From the NCBI GenBank assembly GCA_025362975.1, contig JANYES010000011.1, positions 65,581 to 129,580 of the forward strand: 64,000 nucleotides of DNA, read 5' to 3'. Positions 45,088 to 54,365 of this stretch are shown piece after piece; position 1 is the first letter of the stretch; each line of letters opens with the position of its first letter. The position numbers were made by a program, and so were the translations under genes. Source of the stretch: Alphaproteobacteria bacterium (lineage in GTDB: Bacteria > Pseudomonadota > Alphaproteobacteria > Rickettsiales > SXRF01). Under the pieces are notes generated by a model. It saw only the letters and a list, made by a program, of their open reading frames with translations. It did no database searches and was not told where the DNA came from.

Positions 45088-45681
45088 TTAGATGAGGAAG
45101 TAGATGGAACCGAACAACATGGCTGAATACATGCCGTTTTGCATTCGCGGGTTGAAGCCGGTGGTGGAGCGCGAGAGCAGGACGGAGCCGAAAAGAATCC
45201 ACACGACGTGGCCGGTGATGTTGAGCGCGGATAGCAATAACGTCAGATTTGCGACACTGTTCAGCCACCCTGCCCCGTTATCCATGAACTGCGAAAACAT
45301 CATCAGCTGCATGACCCATGCCTTGGGATTGATGGCGGTTACGATCATGCCGTTCCAGAAATTCAGGCATTCGGGCTGTTCATGTTTTTCCTTGAGGGCG
45401 GCTTTTAAGAAGGTGAAACCGAGATAGGCGATGTAGGCGATGCCTGCGTAGCGCAGCAGCATGAATGCCTGCGGGAAGCGCGCGAGCAAGCCGCCGATGC
45501 CCAGCCCGACCACCACGGATTGAATGACAAATGCGATGTCGAGGCCCACCATGAACGGGATAGATTTGCGGAAACCGTATTGCCCGCCGTTTGAGGCGAA
45601 AAGTGTATTGGCCGGGCCGGGAGAATAGACCAGCGGGAACATGACCATGAACCACGCTGTTAAAAATTGACTTGTTAGCAT
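45088..45681 (-). CDS. LysE/RhtB-family amino-acid exporter
   Basis: From ATG 45681 (AGGAGG upstream). ...[23 protein letters not shown].... About 6 TM segments, 197 aa. A divergent Lrp/AsnC regulator sits next to it. Confidence 0.75.
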   Translation of the reverse strand: MLTSQFLTAWFMVMFPLVYSPGPANTLFASNGGQYGFRKSIPFMVGLDIAFVIQSVVVGLGIGGLLARFPQAFMLLRYAGIAYIAYLGFTFLKAALKEKHEQPECLNFWNGMIVTAINPKAWVMQLMMFSQFMDNGAGWLNSVANLTLLLSALNITGHVVWILFGSVLLSRSTTGFNPRMQNGMYSAMLFGSIYFLI

Positions 45682-45798
45682 TAAAACCTCCTTAATTGGT
45701 GGGGTAAGGATAGATGTGCGGCGTGGGGTTTGGTTGCAAAATGGCGTCGTTTTAACATTTGTTTTGCAATCTGGGCGGCAGGTGTGCAAGATTCTTGC

Positions 45799-46272
45799 AT
45801 GAGTGTGAAATTAGACAAAACCGACATTAAAATCCTGAATGCCTTGCAGCATGACGGGAGTCTTTCGGGCAAAAAGCTGGCCGATTTGACCTGCGTTTCC
45901 GAAGCCACGTGCAGCCGTCGCATCGCGGGGCTTACCAAGCGCGGCTATATCCAGAGATACGGCGCGGTGTTGAATCGAAAAAAGCTTGGGTTTGACGTGT
46001 CGGTCTATGTGCTGGTGACGCTGGTGGATGAGTTGACGAGCTACCAGAAGCGCTTTGTCGAGCGGATGAAAACGGTGCCGTATGTGCTCAATATCACCAA
46101 TATCAGTGGGGAATACGATTATTTTCTACATCTCGTGACGCGCAATATGCAACAATACCATGAGTTCGCGGAAAGCCACCTCGTGGAGGAAAACCACGTT
46201 CGCAAATACATGAGTATGTTTGAAATGAAACTGTTGAAGGACAGCAGTGTGCTGGCGATTACAGAATCGTAA
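45799..46272 (+). CDS. Lrp/AsnC-family transcriptional regulator
   Basis: From ATG 45799: MSVKLDKTDIKILNALQHDGSLSGKKLADLTCVSEATCSRRIAGLTKRGYI.... 157 aa. Confidence 0.85.
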   Translation: MSVKLDKTDIKILNALQHDGSLSGKKLADLTCVSEATCSRRIAGLTKRGYIQRYGAVLNRKKLGFDVSVYVLVTLVDELTSYQKRFVERMKTVPYVLNITNISGEYDYFLHLVTRNMQQYHEFAESHLVEENHVRKYMSMFEMKLLKDSSVLAITES

Positions 46273-46939
46273 CGAGGCCCGGCTGTGGCGCGGCGCGCTT
46301 GTTGTCGAGGGCTTGCGCGTGGGTCGGCGCTTCGTCTTTGCCCACGAGGAGTTTCCAGCCGATATAGGCCCCGGCGACGCCGACTCCCACCAGCGCGCCC
46401 ATTGCTACTGCGTTGGTCCTGAACTTGCCGCTGGCGACTTCCGCCGAATTGATGATCGGCAGGTCTTTGACCTGCTGCCAGATTTTATCGAGCGTGGATT
46501 CAGATGCTGTCCAATGCATCGGGGCATTGATTTTCAGGCGCTGCATGATGCGCGTGCTGATTTCTTCGCGGGCGCGTTCGCCAGCAACGCCCAACTGCTT
46601 GAGCGGCAAGTCGCCGTGGGCGCGTTTGATGTAGAAGTTGATGTCTTCGTGGTTGAAGCCGGAGACGATGCCGTGCACCACGTCGCGCAGTTCTTCGGTG
46701 GCGCCCGGTTTGATTTCGATAGCCCGAAGCTGGTCTGGGTTGAGGCGGAGCAATTCCTTGTAGATCCGGTCCAGCTCCTCATGCGGCAATTGCTGCGCGC
46801 CGAACTCTTTCCAGATACGGTTTTGCAGGGACAGCCGGTCGGTTCCCGTCGTATCGGGAAAGTGGTAGTGCCCTGCGATTCCGCTCAGGTTGTGCACCTG
46901 TTCGAAATGGACGGCTGGCTGTTCAAAGGCTAAGGCCAT
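46259..46939 (-). CDS. Hypothetical protein with single C-terminal TM anchor
   Basis: 226 aa. Soluble N-terminal ~170 aa, then AVAMGALVGVGVAGAYIGWKLLV near the C-terminus. Overlaps the convergent Lrp gene by 14 nt. No family recognised. Confidence 0.5.
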   Translation of the reverse strand: MALAFEQPAVHFEQVHNLSGIAGHYHFPDTTGTDRLSLQNRIWKEFGAQQLPHEELDRIYKELLRLNPDQLRAIEIKPGATEELRDVVHGIVSGFNHEDINFYIKRAHGDLPLKQLGVAGERAREEISTRIMQRLKINAPMHWTASESTLDKIWQQVKDLPIINSAEVASGKFRTNAVAMGALVGVGVAGAYIGWKLLVGKDEAPTHAQALDNKRAAPQPGLVTIL

Positions 46940-47033
46940 CGTTTTTCACTTGAGTAAGGTTGGTGTATATTACGCTACAATGCGGCCTTAAGGCAAAAAC
47001 TAAATTCGGCTTATTTTTCAATGCTAAAGGGAG

Positions 47034-47111
47034 TGGGGCGAGTGACGGGGGTCGAACCCGCGACCTCCAGAATCACAATCTGGCGCTCTAACCAACTGAG
47101 CTACACCCGCC
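47034..47111 (-). tRNA. tRNA-His (GTG)
   Basis: Folded by hand. G-1 plus acceptor GCGGGTG/CACTCGC, D arm GCTC-AGTTGGTTA-GAGC, anticodon arm CCAGA-TTGTGAT-TCTGG (GTG), T arm GCGGG-TTCGACC-CCCGT, discriminator C, encoded CCA. Confidence 0.9.
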
Positions 47112-47124
47112 ACAACGAAAAGTA

Positions 47125-47147
47125 GGGGTTAGGGATTAGGGATTGGG
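47125..47147 (+). other. G-quadruplex-type motif with telomere-like repeats
   Basis: GGGGTTAGGGATTAGGGATTGGG: four G3+ runs (47125-28, 47132-34, 47139-41, 47145-47) with 3-4-nt loops. It lies 14-36 nt upstream of the tRNA-His 5' end, on its template strand. Confidence 0.5.
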
Positions 47148-47207
47148 AAGGACAAAGTCAATACAAAAAGCGTCTAAGCCCCCAGAGGTCCATCGGGAAT
47201 CAGGCGT

Positions 47208-47705
47208 TTATTTCTTAGCGAAGTGCTTTTTCAGGTGCTTAGCCACGTTGGGCGACACGAACGACGATATATCACCCCCTAAGCGTGCGATTTGTTTCAC
47301 GAAACGCGAGGAAATGAAATGCGTGTCTTCGGATGCGGTCAGGAATACGGTTTCGATGCTGCGGTTCAGGCGCGAGTTCATGCAGGCCATCTGGAATTCG
47401 TATTCGAAATCCGACACGGCGCGCAGGCCGCGAATCACGAGGCAGGCTTTCGACTCCTCGGCAAAGTTCATCAAAAGCCCGGAGAACGACTTTACCTCGA
47501 TGCGCGCGGCGTCCTTACCCAGACGGGCGATATCCTGCTCCACGAGTTTCGCACGCATCTCTAAATCGAACACCGGGGCCTTGCCAGTATCGAGCGCAAC
47601 TCCGACGATGAGTTTATCGACCACATTCAGGCCACGCTTGATGATGTCCATATGGCCGACGGTGATGGGGTCGAACGTGCCCGGATAGATGCCGATGCGT
47701 TTCAT
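47208..47705 (-). CDS. coaD: Phosphopantetheine adenylyltransferase
   Basis: 165 aa. MKRIGIYPGTFDPITVGHMDII... (T/HxGH). ...ISSRFVKQIARLGGDIS.... Confidence 0.95.
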   Translation of the reverse strand: MKRIGIYPGTFDPITVGHMDIIKRGLNVVDKLIVGVALDTGKAPVFDLEMRAKLVEQDIARLGKDAARIEVKSFSGLLMNFAEESKACLVIRGLRAVSDFEYEFQMACMNSRLNRSIETVFLTASEDTHFISSRFVKQIARLGGDISSFVSPNVAKHLKKHFAKK

Positions 47706-47927
47706 GACTGAAGCTAAGCTCCTGTGTTCAATATTTTATTTTCAGTGGCATTATGGCATCGCGCCGAATGATTATAAAGGGGAAAGTTCAGGACTACATA
47801 GGTAAACAAGTGCATGAATGTTAATGTTTAACCCGCTCGTCACGCTAAATTAATAAAAAAATGGTATCTTAATCATTTGGATTTACCTATACTCCAAATC
47901 ATACTCATGAGTCTTATGGAGAGAAAA

Positions 47928-49544
47928 ATGGATGAATTGAAAGCGGTCTACGAACGTGTACATAAGATAGCGCCGAAGCTGTATGAAGACGAAGCCAGCT
48001 TCCGCCAATCGGTTGAATATACATATGGCCAGAAAAATCGCTTTTTCCACGGCATCAACCATTTACTTGAAATGGTGGGGCAGGATGACGCTTTCACCAA
48101 GCAGGCTTATAAAGATTTAGAAGCTTCTTTCAATCAGGCTTACGCCGACAAACCGCTCTCCAGAGATGAAGTGCAATGGCTTAAGGATGTGAACTTCATC
48201 GCCGCGCTCGGCCATGATTTTGAATACCATGTCGACGGCCACGTCAGCAAATCCGGTGAGAAAACCCTGTCGGCTTATGTCGAGCCAACCAACGTGCTGC
48301 CGACGCGCATCAAAGACCAGCTCATCGACGAGAATCACGACCCCATCGCGTGGGCGACGCTGGAAATCTTCGGTTTGAAACCCGGCGAGAATTTGAGCAT
48401 CTTTAATGGGCAGAATGAATTTCTAAGTGCCCTCTTCCTCGCTAAAAAGCTCGAAGAAGCAGGTGTTGAAAAAGCTGTGATCGTCGGAGTGATTGAATCG
48501 GTGGCGGCGACGGTGCCATTCAAGACGCACGATAAATTCCAGGAACTTAAATCCCGCACCGCCAAAGTCGCCAAAGTGCTGAACCTCGGCGAGGACCAGC
48601 AGCGCCTTGTCGATATGCTTTCGGCCAATGCTACATTGCTTGCGAATAAAGACGTCATCAGCTTCGGCGGCGAATTGTTCCAGCGCAACGCAGATCTGAA
48701 GTCACTGATCGCTGAAAATGGCGATAAAGCCGTTGAAAAATTGACGCAGGACATCAGCGCCAAAGATTTAAAGCTCTCTTTCGCTTCCGGCGATCATTTG
48801 ACCACGGAAGAAGGCTCGCCGGAACTACAGCGCGCCACGGTTCCGGGTATAGGCTTCTCGCCGAATGCCATTCTTGAGCCAAGCTTCAAGCGCGTGCGCC
48901 TTGGCAATATGCTTATCGGGCAGGAAAAGGTTTTCCACGGCATGGAAATCGGCAGCGGCGAGACCTCAGCTTACTATCCGCCTGCACCTGTCGTCAGCCT
49001 GATGAATAAAGCTGTCACCAACGCAGATAAAACTGGCTCGATGGACATTTTGGCCCCCGCCTATAAAGCCCGTGTTGCGTCGTTATCACTGGTCAATACC
49101 GTGGGTGCAATCGCGGGTATACAGAAGGCAGATTTGCAGATTTTTGTGCTCGGCATGCAGAACGATCCGTTTATGATGCAGGATGTGCCGATGCCGGAAT
49201 CCAAAGATTTGCACAGGGTTGTTGATGTGCTCAGCGATCGTATTTCGGGCAATAAGAACGACGCCACCAATTCACCGATTGCCGTGAGGTTGATCAAGGG
49301 CGGAGTCCATCAGGAAAAGCTCACTAAGATATTCGACCTTGCAGAAGAGAATTACGGCAAGGGCAATAAGCAGGACCCGAAGGCGTTCCTTGAAGGCATG
49401 AAAAACATCGCCGGTGACGAGCTGATCGACGGGCTTGTGGACGCTGTCGCCCGCACGACGATGAAAAACATGGGCGATAACTTGAAGCAGTCAGGCATCC
49501 AGCCGGAAAGCTTCGCCTCGCGCGCTGCGGCCAGCCGCCGCTAG
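47928..49544 (+). CDS. Large hypothetical protein, possible HD-type metal-dependent phosphohydrolase N-terminal domain
   Basis: Start set at ATG 47928 (GGAGAG upstream). ...KNRFFHGINHLLEMV...(~55 aa)...IAALGHDFEYHVDGH resembles an H...HD motif pair. 538 aa. By eye it is more AT-rich than the neighbouring core genes. Confidence 0.5.
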   Translation: MDELKAVYERVHKIAPKLYEDEASFRQSVEYTYGQKNRFFHGINHLLEMVGQDDAFTKQAYKDLEASFNQAYADKPLSRDEVQWLKDVNFIAALGHDFEYHVDGHVSKSGEKTLSAYVEPTNVLPTRIKDQLIDENHDPIAWATLEIFGLKPGENLSIFNGQNEFLSALFLAKKLEEAGVEKAVIVGVIESVAATVPFKTHDKFQELKSRTAKVAKVLNLGEDQQRLVDMLSANATLLANKDVISFGGELFQRNADLKSLIAENGDKAVEKLTQDISAKDLKLSFASGDHLTTEEGSPELQRATVPGIGFSPNAILEPSFKRVRLGNMLIGQEKVFHGMEIGSGETSAYYPPAPVVSLMNKAVTNADKTGSMDILAPAYKARVASLSLVNTVGAIAGIQKADLQIFVLGMQNDPFMMQDVPMPESKDLHRVVDVLSDRISGNKNDATNSPIAVRLIKGGVHQEKLTKIFDLAEENYGKGNKQDPKAFLEGMKNIAGDELIDGLVDAVARTTMKNMGDNLKQSGIQPESFASRAAASRR

Positions 49545-50316
49545 CTGGTGCGCGAAGATGTTCTCGCAGGGCCGCTTTCATCATTGGCGGCGACTTTTTG
49601 CTGCCATGAGCCTTCGGGCGCGTGCTGGAATTCTAGTTTCACCGCATTGGTAAAAGCGTCAATTTGTGCTTTCATCTCGCCCTTCTGGCCAGCTGGATAG
49701 GTGCACTTCTCATAGGTAAGCGTCAATTTTTCGATGGCCTGACGGAAGCTGCGCGCGTAGGCGGCTGCCACGCGCTGCGGACTGTGGCCAGTTTTAAGCA
49801 AATAGTGCACGCGTTGGACGGTGGACGGCACGTCGGCTTCGAATTTCTTCTCAAGCCCCCATGCTCTCGGATGTGATGGTCGGTGGTGGCGATCAGGGCG
49901 GGAACGATGAGTTTATCCCAACTTATTTTCGCGTGCACCTGATGCTGAATTTCGCCAGCATCGTTATAGCTGTAACGGCAGAAATCTTCGGGTTTCAACT
50001 CGAGAAGGCCGAGGAAAGCTAAGCGGTCGTTGTAGGTGCGCGCAGCTTCTTCGCGTAAGTCTTTGAGGATATCGGCGTAGGGTTGATTGGAATAGTCGTG
50101 CACTGCATCGTTGGCAGCCCCCTCTTCCAGCGAACCATAGGGCGGGACGGCGCGTCCGTAATACGATTCGTGGGTAAATTCCAACCCATCTCGCGTGGCG
50201 GTGAAACCGCTCAGGTAGAAGCCTCTGGCGTTTTTTTCGAGCGTGTAGAAGTCATGCGAGCTGGCGATGATCGGCTTGGTATAGTGCGTTTCCCAGGATT
50301 CCATGCGTAGAGCCAC
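49541..50316 (-). pseudogene. Hypothetical gene split by a frameshift at a G5 run (C5 on + strand at 49856-49860)
   Basis: ORF 49723..50316 reads sensibly to ...TTDHHIREHGG, then becomes Arg/Pro/Ser-rich junk. Adding one G continues as ...LEKKFEADVPSTVQRVHYLLKTGHSPQR... into ORF 49541..49831. The combined product is about 258 aa. Confidence 0.5.
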
Positions 50317-50390
50317 ATAGTTTAGCTTCTCGCTGTTGGTCGGTCAGGTCATTCATGTGATGATGTCGTTTTTCACGAGAATCCCAGGTA

Positions 50391-53114
50391 TTATTCGTTG
50401 GCAGCCGACTCTTCACCCTCTGGCATTTCCACGTCGCCGTCCGGCACGCCCACGACGCTTACCACCTTCTCGCCCGGCTGGGTGCGAAGGATGGTCACGC
50501 CCTGCGTGTTGCGGCCAGCGATGCGGATGTCGTCCAGCTTGGTGCGGATGACGGTGGCGCGGTCGGTCATCAGCATGACCTGGCCGGTATTGGCCACAGG
50601 CTGGCTGGAGATGACTTTGCCATTGCGGGGGCTGGTGATGATGCCCACGATGCCTGAACCGCCGCGACCGATGGTGCGGTATTCATAGGCCGAAGAACGT
50701 TTGCCATAGCCGTTCTCAGTAACGGTGAGGATGAACTGTTCGGCGGTTTCCATTTCGGCGAAACGTTCCGGCGATAAGGTGATTTCCGCGACGCCTTCTT
50801 CTTTTTCGATCGGTGCGGCTTCTTCGGTGTCGCCGGCGGCGCGGCGCTTGGCGGCGGCCATTTTAACGTAAGCATAGCGTTCTTCTACGGTGGTTGCGAT
50901 GCCGCCGAGGACGCTTAGGCTAACCACTTCGTCGCCGTCGCCGAGGCGCATGCCGCGCACGCCGTCGGAGGTGCGGGATTTGAAGACGCGCACGTCGTTG
51001 ATCGGGAAGCGGATACATTTGCCCGAACGCGCGGCCAGCAAGGCGTGGTCGTTTTCGTTGCAGGTCTGCACGCCGATAAGCTTGTCGTCTTCATCCATGC
51101 GGATGGCGATTTTGCCGTTGGTGCGGATGTCGTGGAAGTCCGACAGATCGTTGCGGCGCACGTTGCCTTTGGCGGTTGCGAAGAAGATGTTCATCGAATC
51201 CCACTGGGTTTCATCTTCCGGCAACGGCATGAAGGTGGTGATTTTTTCGTCCGGTGCGAGCGGGAAGATGTTCACCAGCGCCTTGCCGCGCGTATTGGCG
51301 GCACCCAACGGCAGGCGGTATACTTTCATCTTGTATACCTGACCTTTGTTGGAGAAGAACAGGACGGGGGTATGGGTGTTGACCACCAGCAATTCGGTGG
51401 TGATGTCTTCATCGCGCACATCCATTGCGGATTTGCCTTTGCCGCCGCGGCGCTGGGCTCGGTAAGCGGAAAGCGCGGTGCGTTTGATATACCCCCCTGC
51501 GGTAACCGTGAGAACCATGTCTTCACGCTGGATCAAGTCTTCGATGTCAGCTTCGAATTCGGAAAGCTCGATCACGGTTCGGCGCGGCGTGGCGAATTGT
51601 TCGCGCGCGGCGAGCAGTTCGGTGCGCAGGATGCCGTAGAGTTTCTCGCGGTTGCCGAGGATGGCGAGGTATTCGGCGATTTCTTTTGCCAATTCCTGCA
51701 TTTCTTCGTCGATCTTTTCGCGCTCGAGACCGGTCAGGCGGGCAAGGCGGAGTTCGAGAATGGCGCGGGCCTGCGCTTCGGTGAATTTAATGCGCCCACC
51801 GGCGACGACGTTGCCGGAGTCTTCGACCAGTTGCAGCAGCGGCAATACGTCGCCAGCCGTCCAGTCGCGGTTCATGAGTTCTACGCGGGCGATGTTCGGA
51901 TCGGCGGAGGCTTTGATCACGGCGATGACTTCATCGATATTGGCTACCGCGATGGCAAGACCGATCAAGACGTGGGCGCGATCGCGGGCTTTGCCCAACA
52001 GGAAGGACGTGCGGCGGGTGATGACTTCTTCGCGGAAGGCGATGAAGGATACGATGACCATTTTCAGGTTCATCAGTTCCGGGCGGCCATTGTCGAGGGC
52101 GAGCATGTTGACGCCGAAGCTGGTTTGCAGCGGGGTGTAGCTGAAGAGCTGGCTGAGGACTACGTCCGGGACAGCATCTTTTTTACATTCGACTACGACG
52201 CGAACGCCGGATTTGTCGGATTCATCGCGAAGGTCGGAGATGCCTTCGATTTTCTTTTCACGCACGAGTTCGGCGATGCGCTCGACCATGCGGGCTTTGT
52301 TCACCTGGAATGGCACTTCGGTAATGATGACGGCGTAGCGGCCTGGGCGGATTTCTTCGATTTCGGTTTTACCGCGCATGATGACCGAGCCACGGCCCGT
52401 GGTCAGCGCGGAGCGGCAGCCGGAGCGGCCGAGAATGATGCCGCCGGTTGGGAAATCGGGGCCGGGGCAGACCTCCATCAGCTCTTCGAGGGTGACTTCC
52501 GGGTTATCGAGATAAAGGCAGCAAGCGTCAACCACTTCGCCTAAGTTATGCGGCGGAATGTTGGTCGCCATGCCGACGGCGATACCACCGGCGCCGTTGA
52601 CGAGAATGTTCGGATAAGCGGCGGGCAGCACCATCGGTTCTTTTTCGGAACCGTCATAGTTGTCCTGATAATCGACGGTGTCATTGTCGATATCGTTGAG
52701 CAAGGCGTGCGCGGCTTTCGACAAGCGCGATTCGGTGTAACGCATGGCGGCGGGGGAGTCGCCGTCCATCGAACCGAAGTTGCCCTGCCCGTCTACGAGC
52801 ATCAGGCGCATGGAGAATGGCTGGGCCATACGGACCAACGCATCGTAAATTGCGGAGTCGCCGTGTGGATGGAACTTACCCATGACGTCACCGACGATAC
52901 GCGCCGATTTTTTGAACGGTTTATTGTATTCGCAGCCCAGCTCCAGCATGCCGAACAGAATGCGGCGATGCACCGGCTTCAGACCGTCGCGCACGTCGGG
53001 AATGGCGCGGGACACGATGACGCTCATCGCGTAATCAAGGTAGGATTTCTTCATTTCCGATTCGATGGTGATCGGAAGAAGTTCCTGGCTGGTCTTCTGG
53101 TTGCTGTCGCTCAT
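50391..53114 (-). CDS. gyrA: DNA gyrase subunit A
   Basis: 907 aa. ...[26 protein letters not shown]..., QRDR-region [17 protein letters not shown], active-site AAMRYTE, C-terminal beta-pinwheel repeats. Confidence 0.97.
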   Translation of the reverse strand: MSDSNQKTSQELLPITIESEMKKSYLDYAMSVIVSRAIPDVRDGLKPVHRRILFGMLELGCEYNKPFKKSARIVGDVMGKFHPHGDSAIYDALVRMAQPFSMRLMLVDGQGNFGSMDGDSPAAMRYTESRLSKAAHALLNDIDNDTVDYQDNYDGSEKEPMVLPAAYPNILVNGAGGIAVGMATNIPPHNLGEVVDACCLYLDNPEVTLEELMEVCPGPDFPTGGIILGRSGCRSALTTGRGSVIMRGKTEIEEIRPGRYAVIITEVPFQVNKARMVERIAELVREKKIEGISDLRDESDKSGVRVVVECKKDAVPDVVLSQLFSYTPLQTSFGVNMLALDNGRPELMNLKMVIVSFIAFREEVITRRTSFLLGKARDRAHVLIGLAIAVANIDEVIAVIKASADPNIARVELMNRDWTAGDVLPLLQLVEDSGNVVAGGRIKFTEAQARAILELRLARLTGLEREKIDEEMQELAKEIAEYLAILGNREKLYGILRTELLAAREQFATPRRTVIELSEFEADIEDLIQREDMVLTVTAGGYIKRTALSAYRAQRRGGKGKSAMDVRDEDITTELLVVNTHTPVLFFSNKGQVYKMKVYRLPLGAANTRGKALVNIFPLAPDEKITTFMPLPEDETQWDSMNIFFATAKGNVRRNDLSDFHDIRTNGKIAIRMDEDDKLIGVQTCNENDHALLAARSGKCIRFPINDVRVFKSRTSDGVRGMRLGDGDEVVSLSVLGGIATTVEERYAYVKMAAAKRRAAGDTEEAAPIEKEEGVAEITLSPERFAEMETAEQFILTVTENGYGKRSSAYEYRTIGRGGSGIVGIITSPRNGKVISSQPVANTGQVMLMTDRATVIRTKLDDIRIAGRNTQGVTILRTQPGEKVVSVVGVPDGDVEMPEGEESAANE

Positions 53115-53349
53115 ACGAGTCCCCTTAGTGAATAGCGTGATCTGGAAGGGTAATTTCTAGCAGATAGCTAACGGGAATCAATGGAATAAGCGCAAGGCCG
53201 GGTGCGCGGCGGATGAGCAAAATCCGCACAGTTTAAGACTTGCGCCAGATAAAGTTAATTCAAAAACAGTTAATTAGCCTATTTCCAGCTCGATTGAATG
53301 TAACATAAAGTTAATAAATCGCTATAGGTTTCAACGCTATAATGGTGGC

Positions 53350-53481
53350 ATGACAGACACCCTGCCTACATCGCAATCGCATGAGACGAAACCGGAAGCG
53401 CCGGCGTTCGAATCCACGGATGCGTTTTTTGTTTCGACGTCCCTGCGCCGCTCGCAGTACGATTACGAAGGGATCAGCTGA
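53350..53481 (+). CDS. Possible 43-aa ORF coupled to the downstream gene
   Basis: Read by hand: MTDTLPTSQSHETKPEAPAFESTDAFFVSTSLRRSQYDYEGIS*. Its TGA overlaps the next ATG (TGATG at 53479-53483). TATAAT at 53338-53343 ends 6 nt before the ATG, which would make it leaderless. Weak support. Confidence 0.25.
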   Translation: MTDTLPTSQSHETKPEAPAFESTDAFFVSTSLRRSQYDYEGIS

Positions 53482-54131
53482 TGGCGGAATTCAACGCGGC
53501 ACTACGCGACAAGCTCCTCACCCTCGGCGATAACGATATCAACGCCATCGAGTTCGCCAACAGCTATTCCAAAACCAACGCGAATTTCAATTCCAAAGAA
53601 TTCGTCGAGCATGTGGAAGACACCAACACCGCGCAGTTTAAAGCGGTCCTCGAAGAAATCAGGGAATGGCCGGGCGAATCGACTGTTGGCAAGGAAGGCG
53701 CCATCGCCGCTTTCATCATCGCCCAGCATTCCGACCGCGATCTCAAATTCCAGAAACACGCACTCACCCTGCTGGAACAGGCTGTGCAGAAAAAAGACAT
53801 GCATCCCGGGGCGGTGGCATTCCTGACCGATCGCGTGCTCGTCAACGAAGGCAAGAAACAACGTTTTGGCACCCAGTTCCAGCGCGGCCTTGACGGCAAG
53901 CTTGAGTCCAAACCGCTGGAAGACGCCTCACTCGTCAATGCGCGGCGCGCCACGATGGGGCTGAACGAACCGGTGGAAACCTACATCGCCCGAATGGACG
54001 AAGGCGATAAAGTGCCGTTCCGAGAATTGTTGGAAACCGGCGCAGCCATGACTGCCGAAACCAAGCACAGCAGCTGGGCGAAATTCGTCAAAACCCAGGC
54101 CAAGGATGCAATGCGCGGCCTACTTTCGTAA
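53481..54131 (+). CDS. Hypothetical protein (uncharacterised conserved-looking family)
   Basis: 216 aa. ...GKEGAIAAFIIAQHSDRDLKFQKHALTLLEQAV....VAFLTDRVLVNEGKKQRFGTQF resembles a widespread uncharacterised domain. No function is inferable. Confidence 0.55.
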   Translation: MAEFNAALRDKLLTLGDNDINAIEFANSYSKTNANFNSKEFVEHVEDTNTAQFKAVLEEIREWPGESTVGKEGAIAAFIIAQHSDRDLKFQKHALTLLEQAVQKKDMHPGAVAFLTDRVLVNEGKKQRFGTQFQRGLDGKLESKPLEDASLVNARRATMGLNEPVETYIARMDEGDKVPFRELLETGAAMTAETKHSSWAKFVKTQAKDAMRGLLS

Positions 54132-54365
54132 AACGTTCAAGTGTTGCGCCAGCTCATCGTCGTAACTGCCGAGCTGGAAAACGAAAATTGTTTTTAGTCG
54201 CTCTGGGTCAAACACGTCGCCGTTGACGACGAGGCGTAGCTTTTCGTAATAGTGCGCACCATGTAAACCCAACCGTGTCGTAAAAGAAAAAATCTCGCAG
54301 GTAAAACAATCCCTGCCGCAGATACGCCGGGCGCTTTTAGCTTTAAGCGTGCGTCAAGGGCCCCC

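Noticed and set aside
54121-54345. About 74-codon open frame on the minus strand ending …YYEKLRLVVNGDVFDPERLKTIFVFQLGSYDDELAQHLNVLRK*, which looks protein-like
   Set aside because: It has no ATG and only a weak TTG candidate. It overlaps the 3' end of the convergent 216-aa gene and has no recognisable motif. It may be a gene remnant but is not supportable as a feature.
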